DNA of 64,000 nt from Phoronis australis. Lineage: Eukaryota; Animalia; Phoronida. The notes below the pieces were generated by a model, which did no database searches, was not told where the DNA came from, and saw only the letters and a program-made list of their open reading frames with translations. Made by a program: the position numbers and the translations under genes. Below are positions 25,490-39,300 of the stretch, in pieces; positions within the stretch are counted from its first letter, which is position 1; each line of letters starts with the position of its first letter. The stretch is from positions 595,140 through 659,139 of the forward strand of contig NMRA01000192.1 of assembly GCA_002633005.1 (NCBI GenBank), given 5' to 3'.

Positions 25490-26110
25490 TTTAAGCACGG
25501 ACCAGTGATCTTGTCAGTGCCATAGGAATTACACAGCGAGACTCAAATCTCACCGTTATATAATCATATTCCATATTGCACCGGAAGAGGTCGTTTGGTG
25601 CAAAGGTCATATAATTTTCAAAATGCTACTCCTCCTTCAGTTTTAAAGCTATCTTTTTCAAATTCGGTGCACAGGTATATGTCAACATGACAATTTAAAA
25701 AATTACTTTTCTAAGTAATCGGGTCATCCAGTCAGGTGAAATAGGTCAAAGGTCATTAGGTGCAAACTAAAATTTTGAGCTAGACACTTCAAATTGACAG
25801 GTCTGATTGCCACAGGTAAATCCAATCTTAATCCAAAGTTTCAGGTCATTTAGTGCAAACATGGGGTAAAGTAAAACATCTGTGATTCTTAGCATCAACC
25901 ACACTTTTAATTGAGTTTAGAATTTTTCCCTCATCGAGGCTTATAATGCACCGGAAGAGGTCAATTAGTGGAAGGGTCATCAAAATATTAACATGTAATT
26001 CCTTTTCATATTGGTAAACGGGTTACTGTCAATAACTTCCTATAACAATCCCAGTAATACGCACGCGCAGAGTCCATTATTGTCACGCCGTGACAAAAAT
26101 CTTTCTAGTT
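25490..26110 (+). mobile_element. Probable non-autonomous Helitron/Helentron-type element
   Basis: 3' hairpin TTGTCACGCCGTGACAA followed by CTAGTT at ~26080-26109; internal degenerate repeats (GCACCGGAAGAGGTC at 25578 and 25948; AGGTCATTTAGTGCAAA). Left end uncertain. Confidence 0.45.
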
Positions 26111-27185
26111 TGTTACATGCTGTTGTCGGCGGCATTAGTCAAATCGTCCTTCCAATGCCAGCGAAGTATTACTGATGTGATGTGGGCTGCAACTCGGTTG
26201 GAATAAACTTGACAATTGATGCTATGCTCCGTTTCCGACATAACCTGTGAAAATGTGGCCAACATTCCAAGACGAGGGCAACGAAAACTACTCTCTAGGA
26301 CAAAGTAGAGCTCTGTCGCTGAGTAATGCGGGGCGCCCCCTAGTGTGTAGGTATTACAAAACACAATTATTTACAAATATACATGTAGTGTATTGTTCTG
26401 AACGAGTAATTTTGAGAATCAACAGCGATATAAACAACAATGTAATTAAACTAAAAACAGAAAATAACTACCCTGATCATACACGAATGTAAAATTTGAG
26501 ATATTCGCACCAATGCAACAAAATATTCTAAGCAATAAATTGTTCAACGTTTTCCGTAAACTGTACTGAATGTCAATGGCAGCTCACATCATAATCATTG
26601 GACGGTATCTCATCTTGGTCACAGAAACAGATAAATACGTCAAGTACATTATCACAGTTGTAAAACTATAAAATCGCTGCTTGGGATGCTAAATTCAATC
26701 AAAATGCTCAACAGTTTCACTTTAAAAATCGCCTAAGGCCAAAGAAAATAGATAATAGAATCAGGCCTGCGCCCGACTCATTTTGAAATCTGCACCTCTC
26801 TGTATAAAGAAAAGGCGCCCACCGACATTACTTTTAGTGAACTTCTTTGTTCAAAATCTACGAAAATGTATCGATGGTAGTTTTTTTAACAAAGCGGCTT
26901 GGCAATTTAACCTCTCCATCAGAAATGATTTTCAACCTGAAATGGACCAGTTTTAAGACATGGGCAGCCTTCTGCTCCCTCACTTCCTTCAACCGGAGTG
27001 CAGCCAACCGTACCTCTGACCTGTTGAAGCTGGGGAAAAGTAGAGAATACGCACCGCTGCAGCTAATATCACGTCATTTTTTATAAAAAAGTACAAGAAA
27101 AAATGCTGCTCATTGTTTGCCATGAAGTTCCTCTTCCCGACGTAAAAACAAAAAGTAATAGTACGTTCATTTTTATTGCTAGTGT

Positions 27186-27339
27186 CTATCCATCACTTTC
27201 CGGCATAGGTGAAACTCGGTGGCCATGTGGTGTTGAATCATGTCTTTGGGGTCTGATACTTATGGTCTGCACGGCACTTCGGGAAGTTCTAGATGTTTCT
27301 GTAGCACCTTCAAATGAAATTTTATTGGTCTTGACCATC
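27186..27339 (-). CDS. Mucin terminal exon, cytoplasmic tail
   Basis: TTTTATTTTCAG acceptor; phase-2 join gives KMVKTNKISFEG…MPESDG*; AATAAA ~10 nt after the stop. Confidence 0.78.
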
Positions 27340-30300
27340 CTGAAAATAAAATAGTGAAATAACGGTGCTATTAGTCATACTTCCATACTAAAGAGTTTTC
27401 TTAACAGTGACAACAGTTGTTTTCATTCATCTAGACAGTTAATTCTAATGAGCGATTGAAATTTCCCGTTTTTATGCCAACTGACCCTCCGGAAGAATTA
27501 AACATTAAACCAACCATGCAACGTTTAAAGCGGATATGAACCAGCGTTCCTTCGAAGGAGCAAATTTTGATTTCGACCACTGACTTAACGTTAAAAAGTG
27601 ACCTTAACCTCTTTCTTACTAAGACGAGAACGGATTTCAAGGTTTGCAATGAACTGAAAATTCGTTATTCCTTGAAAAACGACGCATATAACATGACACA
27701 CCGGCGGGACGAGCCATCTTCAAGGGCCTCGGTATCAAGCATCAAAGAACTGTCAGTTCTTTCGAAGCCGACCGATTTCACAAACCGCCTTTTATCAAAA
27801 TTGTTTTTATGATGAAGGGCAAGTTTAAGCCAACTTAACACCCCTGCATCGAATTGCTTGTGATGATCTATTGGTAAATAAATTCCAGTCAATATGGACA
27901 CAAAATTGAAGATTCGATTTTCGAAAGCTAAATGGATCAGGTTTACAAACTTTCCAATATCCTGTTTCGAATTCACGAGCGAAATATTATTCAAAGAAAA
28001 CCTTTCCACTTACTTTATGGAGCAGACGACAATAATTACTATGACGACACAGGCCACAACACTAGCGATCACGCCTATCACCCACAGGTACGATGTCCTA
28101 GGTGGTACGGTGGGCAGGGTCTCCCGTGTAGTACTCGCGGATGTGGACGGCTGTGTGGTCACAACTATGGCAGGTTCCCGTGTTACGCTAACGATCTCTC
28201 CGCCTGCGGAAATAAATACACACACTTAGGTAACCAGGTAGTATGGGGCCCAAACAGTAGGGGTCGCAAGTCTATATATTGGTAATAAATGACTTTCGGC
28301 GTTGCCACTGCAATCGAGCAATTGTTATGAATTAGGCTACTATGTCCGTCCCTTCCCAGCAGTCTCAATTTCAGACGGAACTAGTTTCCCAGCTCTCTCG
28401 CTCTTCAATCATTTGACGGTACATTATTAAGGCATCGACGGCAGAGCTCAATACAAACAGCGAAACAAAGCGTGATTTTAACGTCTTAAGATTTCCGTCT
28501 ACTAGTTGCAACAGCATTATGCTTATTTCATTTTTATCTAAAAGTGAAGTATCCCAAAGTTAAGGATGACCAAAGTGCAGTGCTGGACTGCCGTATTCAA
28601 ACGACTAAAATACAATGACTGGATGGCGGTAGAAAACCTGCCACAGATATGATTTTCCATTTTGTGAGTTGTACTAATGGACATTCAATATCAGCACACC
28701 TAGAATTGCGCTAAGTGATTCTTCGTTATTGGTCACCACAGCTTGTAACTCTGACCCAGAGAGTACAGCGCCACCGTTTGGCAGCCTTATAAAGTACGCC
28801 AGGTCGATGGTGCCATTGGTGTTGTTAGCCGGGGTCTCCGGTGGACTTAGAACGTTCTTTGCTGTGAAACCGTATGAGACGACCTCTCTCCTGAAACGAG
28901 AAAGGCTTTAATGATCAAAACAGGAAGGTGGCCCAATCAGTTTGATGTAGGAAGTTGTAATCTCAAGATGGTGGTTCTATGGCGACAATAACACAGAAAC
29001 TTACTTGGTGACTTTTTGGGTTGCGCACGGGTGTTCGAAACAATGTTTTGTAGCCTGAGTAGCCAAGCTTACTCGGAATTCTTCTTGAACCTTTAAAGTG
29101 TACTGGAACGAGGAAATACAATCGGCTTATTAACTCGTGAACATTCTCGTCAAAGCACACGTGCCTTATATATGCCATTCTTGTACAAGGCCACGCATGA
29201 ACAAACCCACGCGTAACAAAGAGAGTTGTTAGTCAGAAATCCTCTACTAGATTTTATCGAGTGTATATCGGCGGAGAAAAGAGTTGAAACGCAACTAACG
29301 ATTGTCGCGCTACCTGTGGTGTAAGCAACTGGAAACACATATAATTAGATTCCGATCAGGAGAACATAGAAGTCATTGAGATGAAACTGTAAGTGATTGT
29401 CATTGATACGGCTGTGAGGGTTCCGTGTTGTAGCGTATTTAGGAAGCGACGAATTAACCACAAAACTGCATTGAGTAAAAATGAATTCAAACGACAATAG
29501 CCAACAAACTGGTTGTTCTGTGTTATGAAAAGTCTTACGTTAGTAATGTCCATCTTTACAGTGAGGGTCACTGTGTTTTCTCTTTCTTTTGTGGACACGG
29601 TGTCTGTGAGTTTCGCTGCAGGCTTTTCTGTTTTAGGAACATCTGAAACACAAGACAGTACAAGCTCTACTAAGGGTGTTCGAATTTGAATTTTAGTCTT
29701 TTTCTACTACAAATTAGTTTTCTCGTTACAGCTATTTCGTCTGTGCTTCATTCCTCCCTTCGGTGCCACCACCCTACCCCTGCCCTTCGACAGGTATGCC
29801 CTGTTTATGGTTGGTCCGTCTGATTACAGGTTTGTCTTTTGTTGGTTAACTCTGCACATCTACATGTAGTTGCAAAAGGAAAATGTTAATGCAAAACGAA
29901 CGAAGAACGTACTTAGGAAAACTACGTGGGAAGGTGTACCTTGTGTGTAGACAGGCAGGTTTTTACAACGTACCACTATTTTAATGTTTCCCTATATAAT
30001 TATACTGCAAGTAGCATTATAATATAATATAATTATACTGCAAGTAGCATTATAATGCTGACGAACTGCAAATGTGCACAACCTTACTTAGTCTGTTATA
30101 TTGTAGAAACACCAAGACTCATAGGGTTTGTGATTAAAACCAGAATGACAGGTTAAACAAAGGTTTGCTCATGTAAGAGCAAAAAATACTTACACTTGCA
30201 CGTGCCGTCAACCAGTTCTAAGCCAATTATACACGGACACGTGTAAGACCCTGGTTTGTTAGAACAATCCTCGGTATCATTACACGTATGAGATTCTTCA

Positions 30301-33300
30301 ATGCATTCGTTAATATCTACAAAACAAAAATAATGCAAGTTTTATGACAAATGGTCAAAGAAAAAACATTGGGAATTCAACAATGGGATTCATTTTAGTA
30401 AGAGAGCGTAAAAATGTGAAAGTATCAACGTGCGTATAGCCACGGCAATCCCTAATGAAATGTACTGCACTAATACATGTATATTCGTTGACTTCCCAAA
30501 AGCCTTTGGCTGGGCTTGAAGCATTGGCTTGAATCAGAAAGTTATTACAAATGATATTGATGGCAATATTAATAAAACTATAGAAACATGCATAAAATAT
30601 TTGTTTCCTGTTACAGAAAGCTGATCACGTCATAGAGACGCTATCCTGTACTCTACAAGTTAGACAGGAATGTCAACTGTCCCATTTTTGTTCTTTTCAT
30701 AAATATACAATTTTCAAAAGGGCATACTGCTGTCGGTTTAAGATCGTGTGTCAGTCGCCTTAATTGATAGTAGCTGCAGTTTAACATGACAAAAGCCAAG
30801 TCGTGATCTTTAGAACGGTCGAAATTTAAGAAATATTAAGAGATAATGTGTTGACAAAAAATCTAGAAGTGACATACGAGTATTGATATTGAAGTTAAAC
30901 TGACGACAAAAGGTTCTGCACAGACATCAAAAGTTTTGACTACATGTAAATACGATTAGTCACTCATTACAGTTATGTACAACTTATATCGTATGAAGCA
31001 GTTCCAGTAGGGGACAGACGTTAGGAGACTTCATGGTGGCGGCCATATTGGTAGGCTAGATCACGAGTTTTGTTGTATGTCGGTGGAAACGAGTTAGGTC
31101 GACGTGACAGCTCGGTGAAAGCTACGGAGAGCGACATTGCGAACCCAGAGAATGTCAGCAAGGATGAAGTATGCTATAAACTTCACTTTGATATACACGT
31201 ACCAGAAAATAGTTGAAATTATTGGGCAACTGTGCTCAAACCATCACCTGATTGAGATGAAACGTCAATTGATTGATGAAAGATGATGTCCATATTGCAA
31301 AATGGCGGATGTAATTGAGGATGAATGTTATCTAATTGCCAATGCGTCTATTGTACTTTAATTTGACATAAATTTATCCACCAGGATTTTGCCTTAAAAA
31401 GAATACACGTGTTTTCATTACGATCGTAAAATCACGAGACAAATAAACCATATATGCAAACTTGGTTACTGTTGCAAGTGTTTTACATGGGCTGGTCAAA
31501 CCTTGCCAACTTCAATGAAAAATGATGTCTATTCAGTCAAAAATAACCCCTCTGGGCGCAATTCATACTACAATTGACCAATAATCATAGAAAAAAATTA
31601 TTGTCTTGCTTTATTTCTCGACTTCATTGTTGGTGAAGATCGCAAAATCAATTAAAACATTGGACGTTTAAGCAGGATTTTTCCAATAAACATATTACGA
31701 CATCTGCTTGTACCGTTGTTAGTAGATGGTACTTTGTCGTTGAGATTCTCGGAAATCACAGGTATCTTTGAAGTGATCGGTATATATATACAAATAGAAA
31801 TCAGTTTAAAGACGTGTAGGTGTTTCGATGTACAGTGTACAGGTAAGACGAACCGGAGCCCGCACCGACGTATCCAGAAAAATCCACATTCAAATACTCT
31901 CCACGGTGTGCCGAAACTGAATCGTAACGATAAAATCTCACTGGAGCCGAGGACAGAGTACAATAGATCTTACCTGTACATGTGTAGTTATCCGCCGCCA
32001 GCCTGTAACCACTAAGGCAAGAACACGTGTAGCTCCCGTCAGTATTGGCGCACGTCTGGCTGCACCGATGTTTACCAGTGCTGCACTCGTCCTCGTCTGC
32101 AGAGCAAAATATACCTCAGTTTTAAGGCGGCAAAACATGAATACCCGTAAGTGACACGCGCGTTGTTGTTTGTACATCAACTTAAATCAAACTGTTGTAA
32201 AATGGGACTGAGCGCGCTTGGAAGGCTGAAACTTCGAATTTGTGACAAAAACAAGTTTGAGGCGGTTTCACGCCAAAACAAAGATTACCCAGACGTAAAA
32301 CAATCGTGAAACATAGAAATGTTTAAAACCGAACTATTTTAAAAGCGAAACAAAAAGATTTTAATTAGCCCCTCAGTCAGGTACCGACACCCGGTGCAAT
32401 ATTCACATATTGGCAGCGTTTATTTGTCGAGAGACAATTAAGCGCATTGCTGTGGTTTGTTCAATGTCCTGATTCTCTACACAAAAAGGTCACAGGGTCG
32501 AAAAGCCAAGCAAAGAATGGCACAGTGACAGTTGGCTTACCTCAAAATCCAACTGCTGCCTGCTCGTTTAGTAATTGGCCTAATGATGTTGCACACCCAG
32601 AAGAATTAAAGAGAAGCATAATATGCCAACACTGTTCAAAATTTGTAGGTGTACAAGTTGCATTTCTTGTCCCATTTTCAAATTTCAAAGAACAGACCAG
32701 TGTACTATTCACGAACTCTTCCAATATACTATTTAAAAACCATCAACACAAGAATTTAGCGTGTTTATGATGTGTCTGATTGTCCAGAACATGATAACAT
32801 CAGCAGCCTCATACGATGTTATTAACTACAGTGGCATGGTGTCTTTGGTAAATGCGACACATTTCGAGGTACGCAAACCGGAACAGTTGCCTATTCTCGA
32901 CTGGTGAGCTTTTCATACAAGGGCACCTAGTAAGGGCAATGGAACCGCAACGATTTTAAGAATTATGAGAGCCTGCCACCTGTCGATCTCAACAGTAATC
33001 AATAGAGTTCCATGCCATATACTCGCTTATTGCTTATACAGTCTGAAAATGTGATGGATATTCTTCGACCAGAGAAGCTGCTTAACTGTTAATAAGTCGG
33101 CCGGCTGACAGAGGACACTGCGTTGACACGTCAATCAAGTAGATCCAACAAAGAGACCCCCAATAGCTGTCACCCCAATAAGTTAACGACTTAAGTACTT
33201 GAGCCCAACACAGCAATTTCTATCCTTGTCCAAGCACGTATGTTTTTCCCATAGAACACATTTGTAGCCTACATGTATGAAAGCAACTAGGAAACAATAC

Positions 33301-36300
33301 TCCTCAAATTTAATAATCCACGCTAAACGAAAATCAAGTAATTATCAAAGCCCTAATTATTTCCTAACTAACTGACCTGTGCAATTCGATCCCGAGGCTT
33401 GGTATCCCGCCTTACACACACACGTGTCCTGGCCATTAAGGACGACACACCATCCGTTCGTCAGATCACATGCTGTTGATATGCATTCATGCGTAGCTAT
33501 AATGGAAGCACAATGATCGGGCTCAACAAAATGGACTGCTCCAAAGTACTGACTGATTTATTGCACTATTTTGCCTGCTCCTTTGGAATAAGACAACACA
33601 CAGCCTTGCTGATGAGATATGTAGTAGGCCTACTCATTATTTCATTATTATTATGACGAAGCGGTGTTTTAACAAGTCCATACTCACGGTGACACGATTT
33701 TCCATCAGCTTGCAAACTGAAGCCGTCGTTGCACGAACAGTTGTACGACCCAAGCGTGTTGTTGCACATATGGTCACAGTCGCTGGCTGGGTAGCATTCA
33801 TCGATATCTAAAGAACGAAAACAAATTGTTCACATATAACGTACTGATTTCAGAGACAATCAGGTATCTTTTAATAAGCGACCAACGTGTGTTTTGCCAA
33901 TCGTGTGGAAGACATCCATTTACTTTCTGGAGACTATTTTATTTTTATTTCCGTTCTCTTCATTATAACACGGCAAGAATCTACATGTATCTGATCGGAA
34001 TTTTAGCTAATGAATTAGCCTTTGACATGGTGGAAGGTTTTGTGTCAGTGGAACTAGAAGACAACACTATGAGCTTATTGTTTTGTGTCAGTGGAACTAG
34101 AAGACAACACCATGAGCTTATTGTTTTACCTGCGCACGTTTTGCTGTCGTTTTTCAGAACAAATCCGTTTTTGCATGAACACGTGTAAGATCCATCAGTG
34201 TTCAAACACACTTGATCGCAAATATCGGCTGTCTCAACACATTCGTCCACATCTGAAAAAAATGATTTAATCATTTCTACGTGCATATTTGTTTTATTGT
34301 CAGTTCATCGTTTTACCTGTTTATAACAAACTCCATACGAACAAGACATTTTTCTCAAAACGCCATCATGGAGTAAAAGATTAGAATACCAGTCGCCTAT
34401 GAAATAACACAGCTCCCTTGTACCGAGCCTCAAGGTCAGATTTTCATCTGAAGTCATATATTACGCGTTTTTGGACTTTGTTGATTTGGTGAGGACGGAT
34501 AACAGTTTTGCTTGGTTTTTGTGTAACTTTGTTGTCAGAACTTTCAATGTATTGCTGAGGGGAAAGTGCGCACCTCCCCCAAACATGACAAGCCTTTTTG
34601 CTTGCAAGTTCCAGTTCGTAAAATCCATGGAAATTATAAATAAATGGTAATTAAGGTGTCTTTTAACATATACATGTTTTAGTGAAATCAAGTCGCTATG
34701 GTAACAAATCGAATTCTCATCTGTTTGGCACCTGCCAAAGCCGATTGGTCGGAAAAATAAATGGATTAAGATTTGCCTTGCGAACAATGAAATTAGTTTG
34801 GTAATCACAGAAGCACACAGAAAACTGGCAATTCCCTAGCCTCGTTCCTGCGTCTTCCAACGCTCAGTCGGCCTCATGCAAGTCGAAAATACAGTCAAGA
34901 TTCTTACCGTATTCATTTCATTATTTGTAAAGTCACATGAGTTCTTTGACTAGCCTGAAAGGTGTCGCATTTACTTTGAGCTAACATAAAGCAATGTATT
35001 TTGGATAAGATTCACTTATAGGGGTCCCGCATATTGAAAACAAGTTTTCTCCAAACGTATTTGCAAAATCCCGGACCCCTGCAAGTGACTATTACCTAAC
35101 TTTGTGTCAAAAAATAAAAAAACAGTGCACAAGATCGAAACGATCAGATAGAGTGATAACAAGGAAAGACTAAAATAAAAATTACCGATACATTCTTTTC
35201 CCACTTCGGTTGTTCCTGAAGGACAATCACCGCACTCATAAGAAGAATCTTTGCCCTTTTCTGGAGGAACAGGGTAACACGTGACACCCACAGCACATGC
35301 ATTAGGATTTTCTTCGCACCTGTTGATCTCCGATTCACAAAAAGAACCGGTGTATCCTGGCTCACAGATGCATTTTTTCACGAAAAATCTGGAAAAGCGA
35401 CAGTGTTAACAGAGATTTCTTAAAAATATTTTGTTTACAATCACAGGCGGATATGCAGTATAGTATTGGAGGCTCGACACCCGTCCCCCCACCCACCCTC
35501 CGTGCATACCGTCTAAAACTGAAAACGATATTGCCATACTTACGCGCTCATCTTCCGTCGAAAATTATGGTTTGACCCCATATCCTGGATCCACCAGTTG
35601 TAATTTCAATTAAATCATGACAATTAGCATCATAGATTGACCATTAAAAACAGTTTTGAATTAACGTTTTCACAATATACGTGTTGAGTGCTTCACTATA
35701 TACCGTTTGGTATATGCTAAACTCGCTCCGTTGACTTGCATCTCTACTGAAAACAGTCACTCACGATATTTTAATCAGTCATATCGGAGAGGTATTTGTT
35801 TTGGTGCACTACTACAAATGCAATGCCACGGGATTACGACTAAGACTCCTTACTGGTCATTGATTACAACGGATTACAACTAGAAACAAGTACATTTTGA
35901 CAAAATGAATATATTTGCAGCGATCAGTTTTGTAGTTTTCCAGTCTTACTTCGTCTGTTCTTCTGCATCCACCGTTTCATTCGTACAGTTTCCATTCACG
36001 CATGCGCAAACATGAATGTCTGGAAAATAGCTCTCAACGGCATTTGCTTCATCCTGAAAAATTACGCAAGTTATTAAAACATTCAAGACATGCATGAGTG
36101 AATTATCCAAAACTGGTTACCAATGAGAACGTCTGGCGATCTTGCGATGTAAGAAAAAGCCTGTTATATGTTACATGTACATGTATGTTAATAAAAACAA
36201 CAACGGATTTAAACCGCCTTGACATGTTTCGGTGTCGTTTATTGAAACACCATCATCAGAAGAAGAAAAAACACAGAGGCCACCTTGCTAAGCCAACAGC

Positions 36301-39300
36301 AAGTGCTGAATCACAGACACAATCAGTTAGAGGGAGTGACAATTAACTTGTCAGACCAGCAATGACATCCTGTGGTGTGCTAGTCGCCTATTGAGACTGG
36401 GCTTGCACCAACTGATGTGTAGAGCCTCACGAATTTTAAGCTCCTTTGTTGTTTCTGCTTGGTCTATTATAGCAAAGTCATTGAATGAACATTGCTAATA
36501 ACAATGATTGGAGGTCTGAAGATGAGTATCAACATAATTATGTGAACCTCTGTCAGAATTTAGATTTCCCTGTTCCAGCTTTTCAAATGGCGAACATGTA
36601 TGGACAAAATCTTGTAAACAAGGGAGACGTCGAAAATTTCGCATTTGAAATCCAATTACCTTGACGCTTATTTTCAGCTCGAAAGGGATTGTGTTGTTTT
36701 TAAGTATTGTAATGGAAGCTTTCATTTCTTTCGCTGTGGCGTTTCCTTCCCCAATTCCAGAGAAGTCCCACGTTATCGTATCATTGTTTCTGTCAGCTGC
36801 TGAGATCATGATCGTCTGTTCAACGCCTACCACCAGAGAGATGATATCCGGTCCAGCGATGGTTGGGGCGAAGTTTTCTAACATAGAAAGAAACGGTTGC
36901 ACATTTATTTTGCATAGGGTAGAACTCAATAAGACGTTAACTATTTATCAGCAACTACTTATTCACAAATCTGTTCTAAAATCAGCATACACCAAATAAT
37001 GATGAATTAAATTAATGACTGAGAGAAATTGCGTTCCATACGCCCAATACAACAATCTGACATTTATAGAGGAAAACTGTTCCCAAAACATGAGAAATTA
37101 CTCCGTCTGAGTATTTCTTCGAGTATTGAACAGAACTCAGTAAAATTTGGTGGTCGCGGCACGGGTACAACTCGGACGTTCTTTGATTAATAATAAGCAC
37201 CTAAATCAGTATCTTTGCAGCAACTGGAAGCCCCGGATTTATACGGGAAGACATTTGACTTAGAAAGTCTCTAAACGTTTACGAACCAAGTTGCTTTGAA
37301 ACCTCTTGATTGCTCTCTTCGTCCTGCTTAGTTGTATTTCCAATGGCCAGGTTTCCTGTAGCAGCGACGTCAAAAAGGCATTCTTTATTGTCACCGCAGA
37401 GTTCCCTCGCTTGTTTTTCAAATGTTGCATTGGCGAATGTAATATTGTCGGAGAAAATTGGTCGAAAAGACGTGTCTGTGAAGGTGGAATGGTTTCCCCC
37501 ATGAGGATACTGGAAGATGTTGACCAGCTTCTCACTTGATCCGTCAACTTGCCCTGGAGTTGATAGCAAACTGCATTACAAAGTGCGCTGTTTTAACGGC
37601 CAGTTCAGCCATTTCAGAATCGTTACAGTCGCTTCAACAGGCTTTCTATCCCCAAATTACTGACGGAGCAAATTTCATCTCTTTACGATCCCAAAACAAT
37701 GCATGCCCTTACTAGTGTACATATACGCCCTTCCCCAAGAGTGACATTGGTAGATGAAATACTAAAGTTGTAAACAAATGTATATATACATGGGGATATC
37801 CTCTTGAAATACTTGCAAGCGTTGACTAAGAACGCTTCAACTTACACTTCTGCCCAAAGTTATGGAATATCTCTGATTCACTGGAATTTGCTGAAAGAAC
37901 GGTCCCATCAGGTAGTGTGAAGTCATCACTTGAGTTCCCGTTGTACGTTCCCAGTAATCCCTCGGTACTTAGCACGTCCTGAGGGACAAGTGTTGAAACC
38001 GACAGCATTCCCTGGAAGCCGTAAAGGAGCGCGATTTAACAACTTTCTGTGATATGTGTCGGCACATGAAGGTAGAGATCCAGCTAAACTTATAAAGCAA
38101 AATAGAACCTACCGATTACAACTACTGACACAAAACATCCAAACCAAAGAACCACGGGCCTACAAAATATAACGGAGACTCGTGCACGAGCCAAACACCC
38201 CATGACTTACATTTGCTGCTGATAGCTGCACCGAGACACCTTCTACATCGGCTAACACTATGACGCCGCCCTTGTCACTCAGTCGGAACTGGTAGGTTTC
38301 TGGTACGCCTTCCAAAGTTGATGACTCGTTGGATAGAAGTCTGGACGTGTCTAGCTTCGTTTCGTTATGGTAGCACTCTATGATAGTTTGATTCTGCACC
38401 TCGCACTGTACAGAACTTAGATTCCCAACCCCAATCGCCACAGCCGTAAACCCAGACGCAGTGCCGCCTGTTAAGAGTCGCAAAATTGAAGGACAATCTG
38501 AGCAAAAACTGTAGCAATTATGAAAAAGTGTGCACAATGAAACACCAATTATCTTATTCTGATAGGTTCAACACTTTGACAGAGTGGGTCTACATTCTTT
38601 CTACAAGGCAATTGATTTTGAGTAAATATGAATACATTGGTTTCAACGGTTTTACCAGTTCTGTAAATAAAGAATTGAGTGTATGCGCGTTCATCTAACC
38701 ACGTGTTCATGCGCCTGTTCCATGGATGTACTTACCGCTGGCGGGCCCTGTTCGCGTTTGAACCCGGTAAGTGGTGTTGGATGCTGTGATTATATTTGCC
38801 ATAACGTACTCTCCCACTCCATTGAAGGTGTACTGGTGCCCGTCCAAAGTCACTAAATGGGGATCTCCCCAGAAGAATACTAGAAAAAGAAGAGTAATGT
38901 TTCAGTTCAAGATCTTATTTTCGTAAAGCTATTTAATTCCATGTAGCTGATAAGGGACAAGCAAAATGTCATCTGGGGTACACTGGATTCCTTTTAGCAC
39001 AGGCATATTCATGTACTGTTCTGTGTTGACAGGCGGCAGGCCCAGTCCTGCAAATTGTTAAATTAACGCAAAACGTTAACACTGTCACCAGAATGGCATA
39101 CATGTGTATATTTTAGACTGTCATTGTAATTAATTCCTTAGAGTTACTTGGAATTGAAGAAGTCTGGTGTTTCCACCGTCATCATCAATTCAAGTAAAGC
39201 TTCCACGATTAAAAAGGCACTGACCAGGTCTTGGTGGACGATAAAAGAATGAATCCACCACGGGACGACGTCGATAGAATCTATGGCAGAACCTTTGCCT

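Noticed and set aside
32541-32728. Exon-like segment (AG…GTAAGC) between EGF exons, ORF 32542..32724
   Set aside because: 188 nt, with stops in the required phase and no EGF cysteine pattern; the flanking exons join cleanly without it.
37554-37570. Upstream acceptor at 37571 for the post-VWD exon
   Set aside because: Wrong phase; the acceptor at 37554 restores the conserved FGQKWQV.
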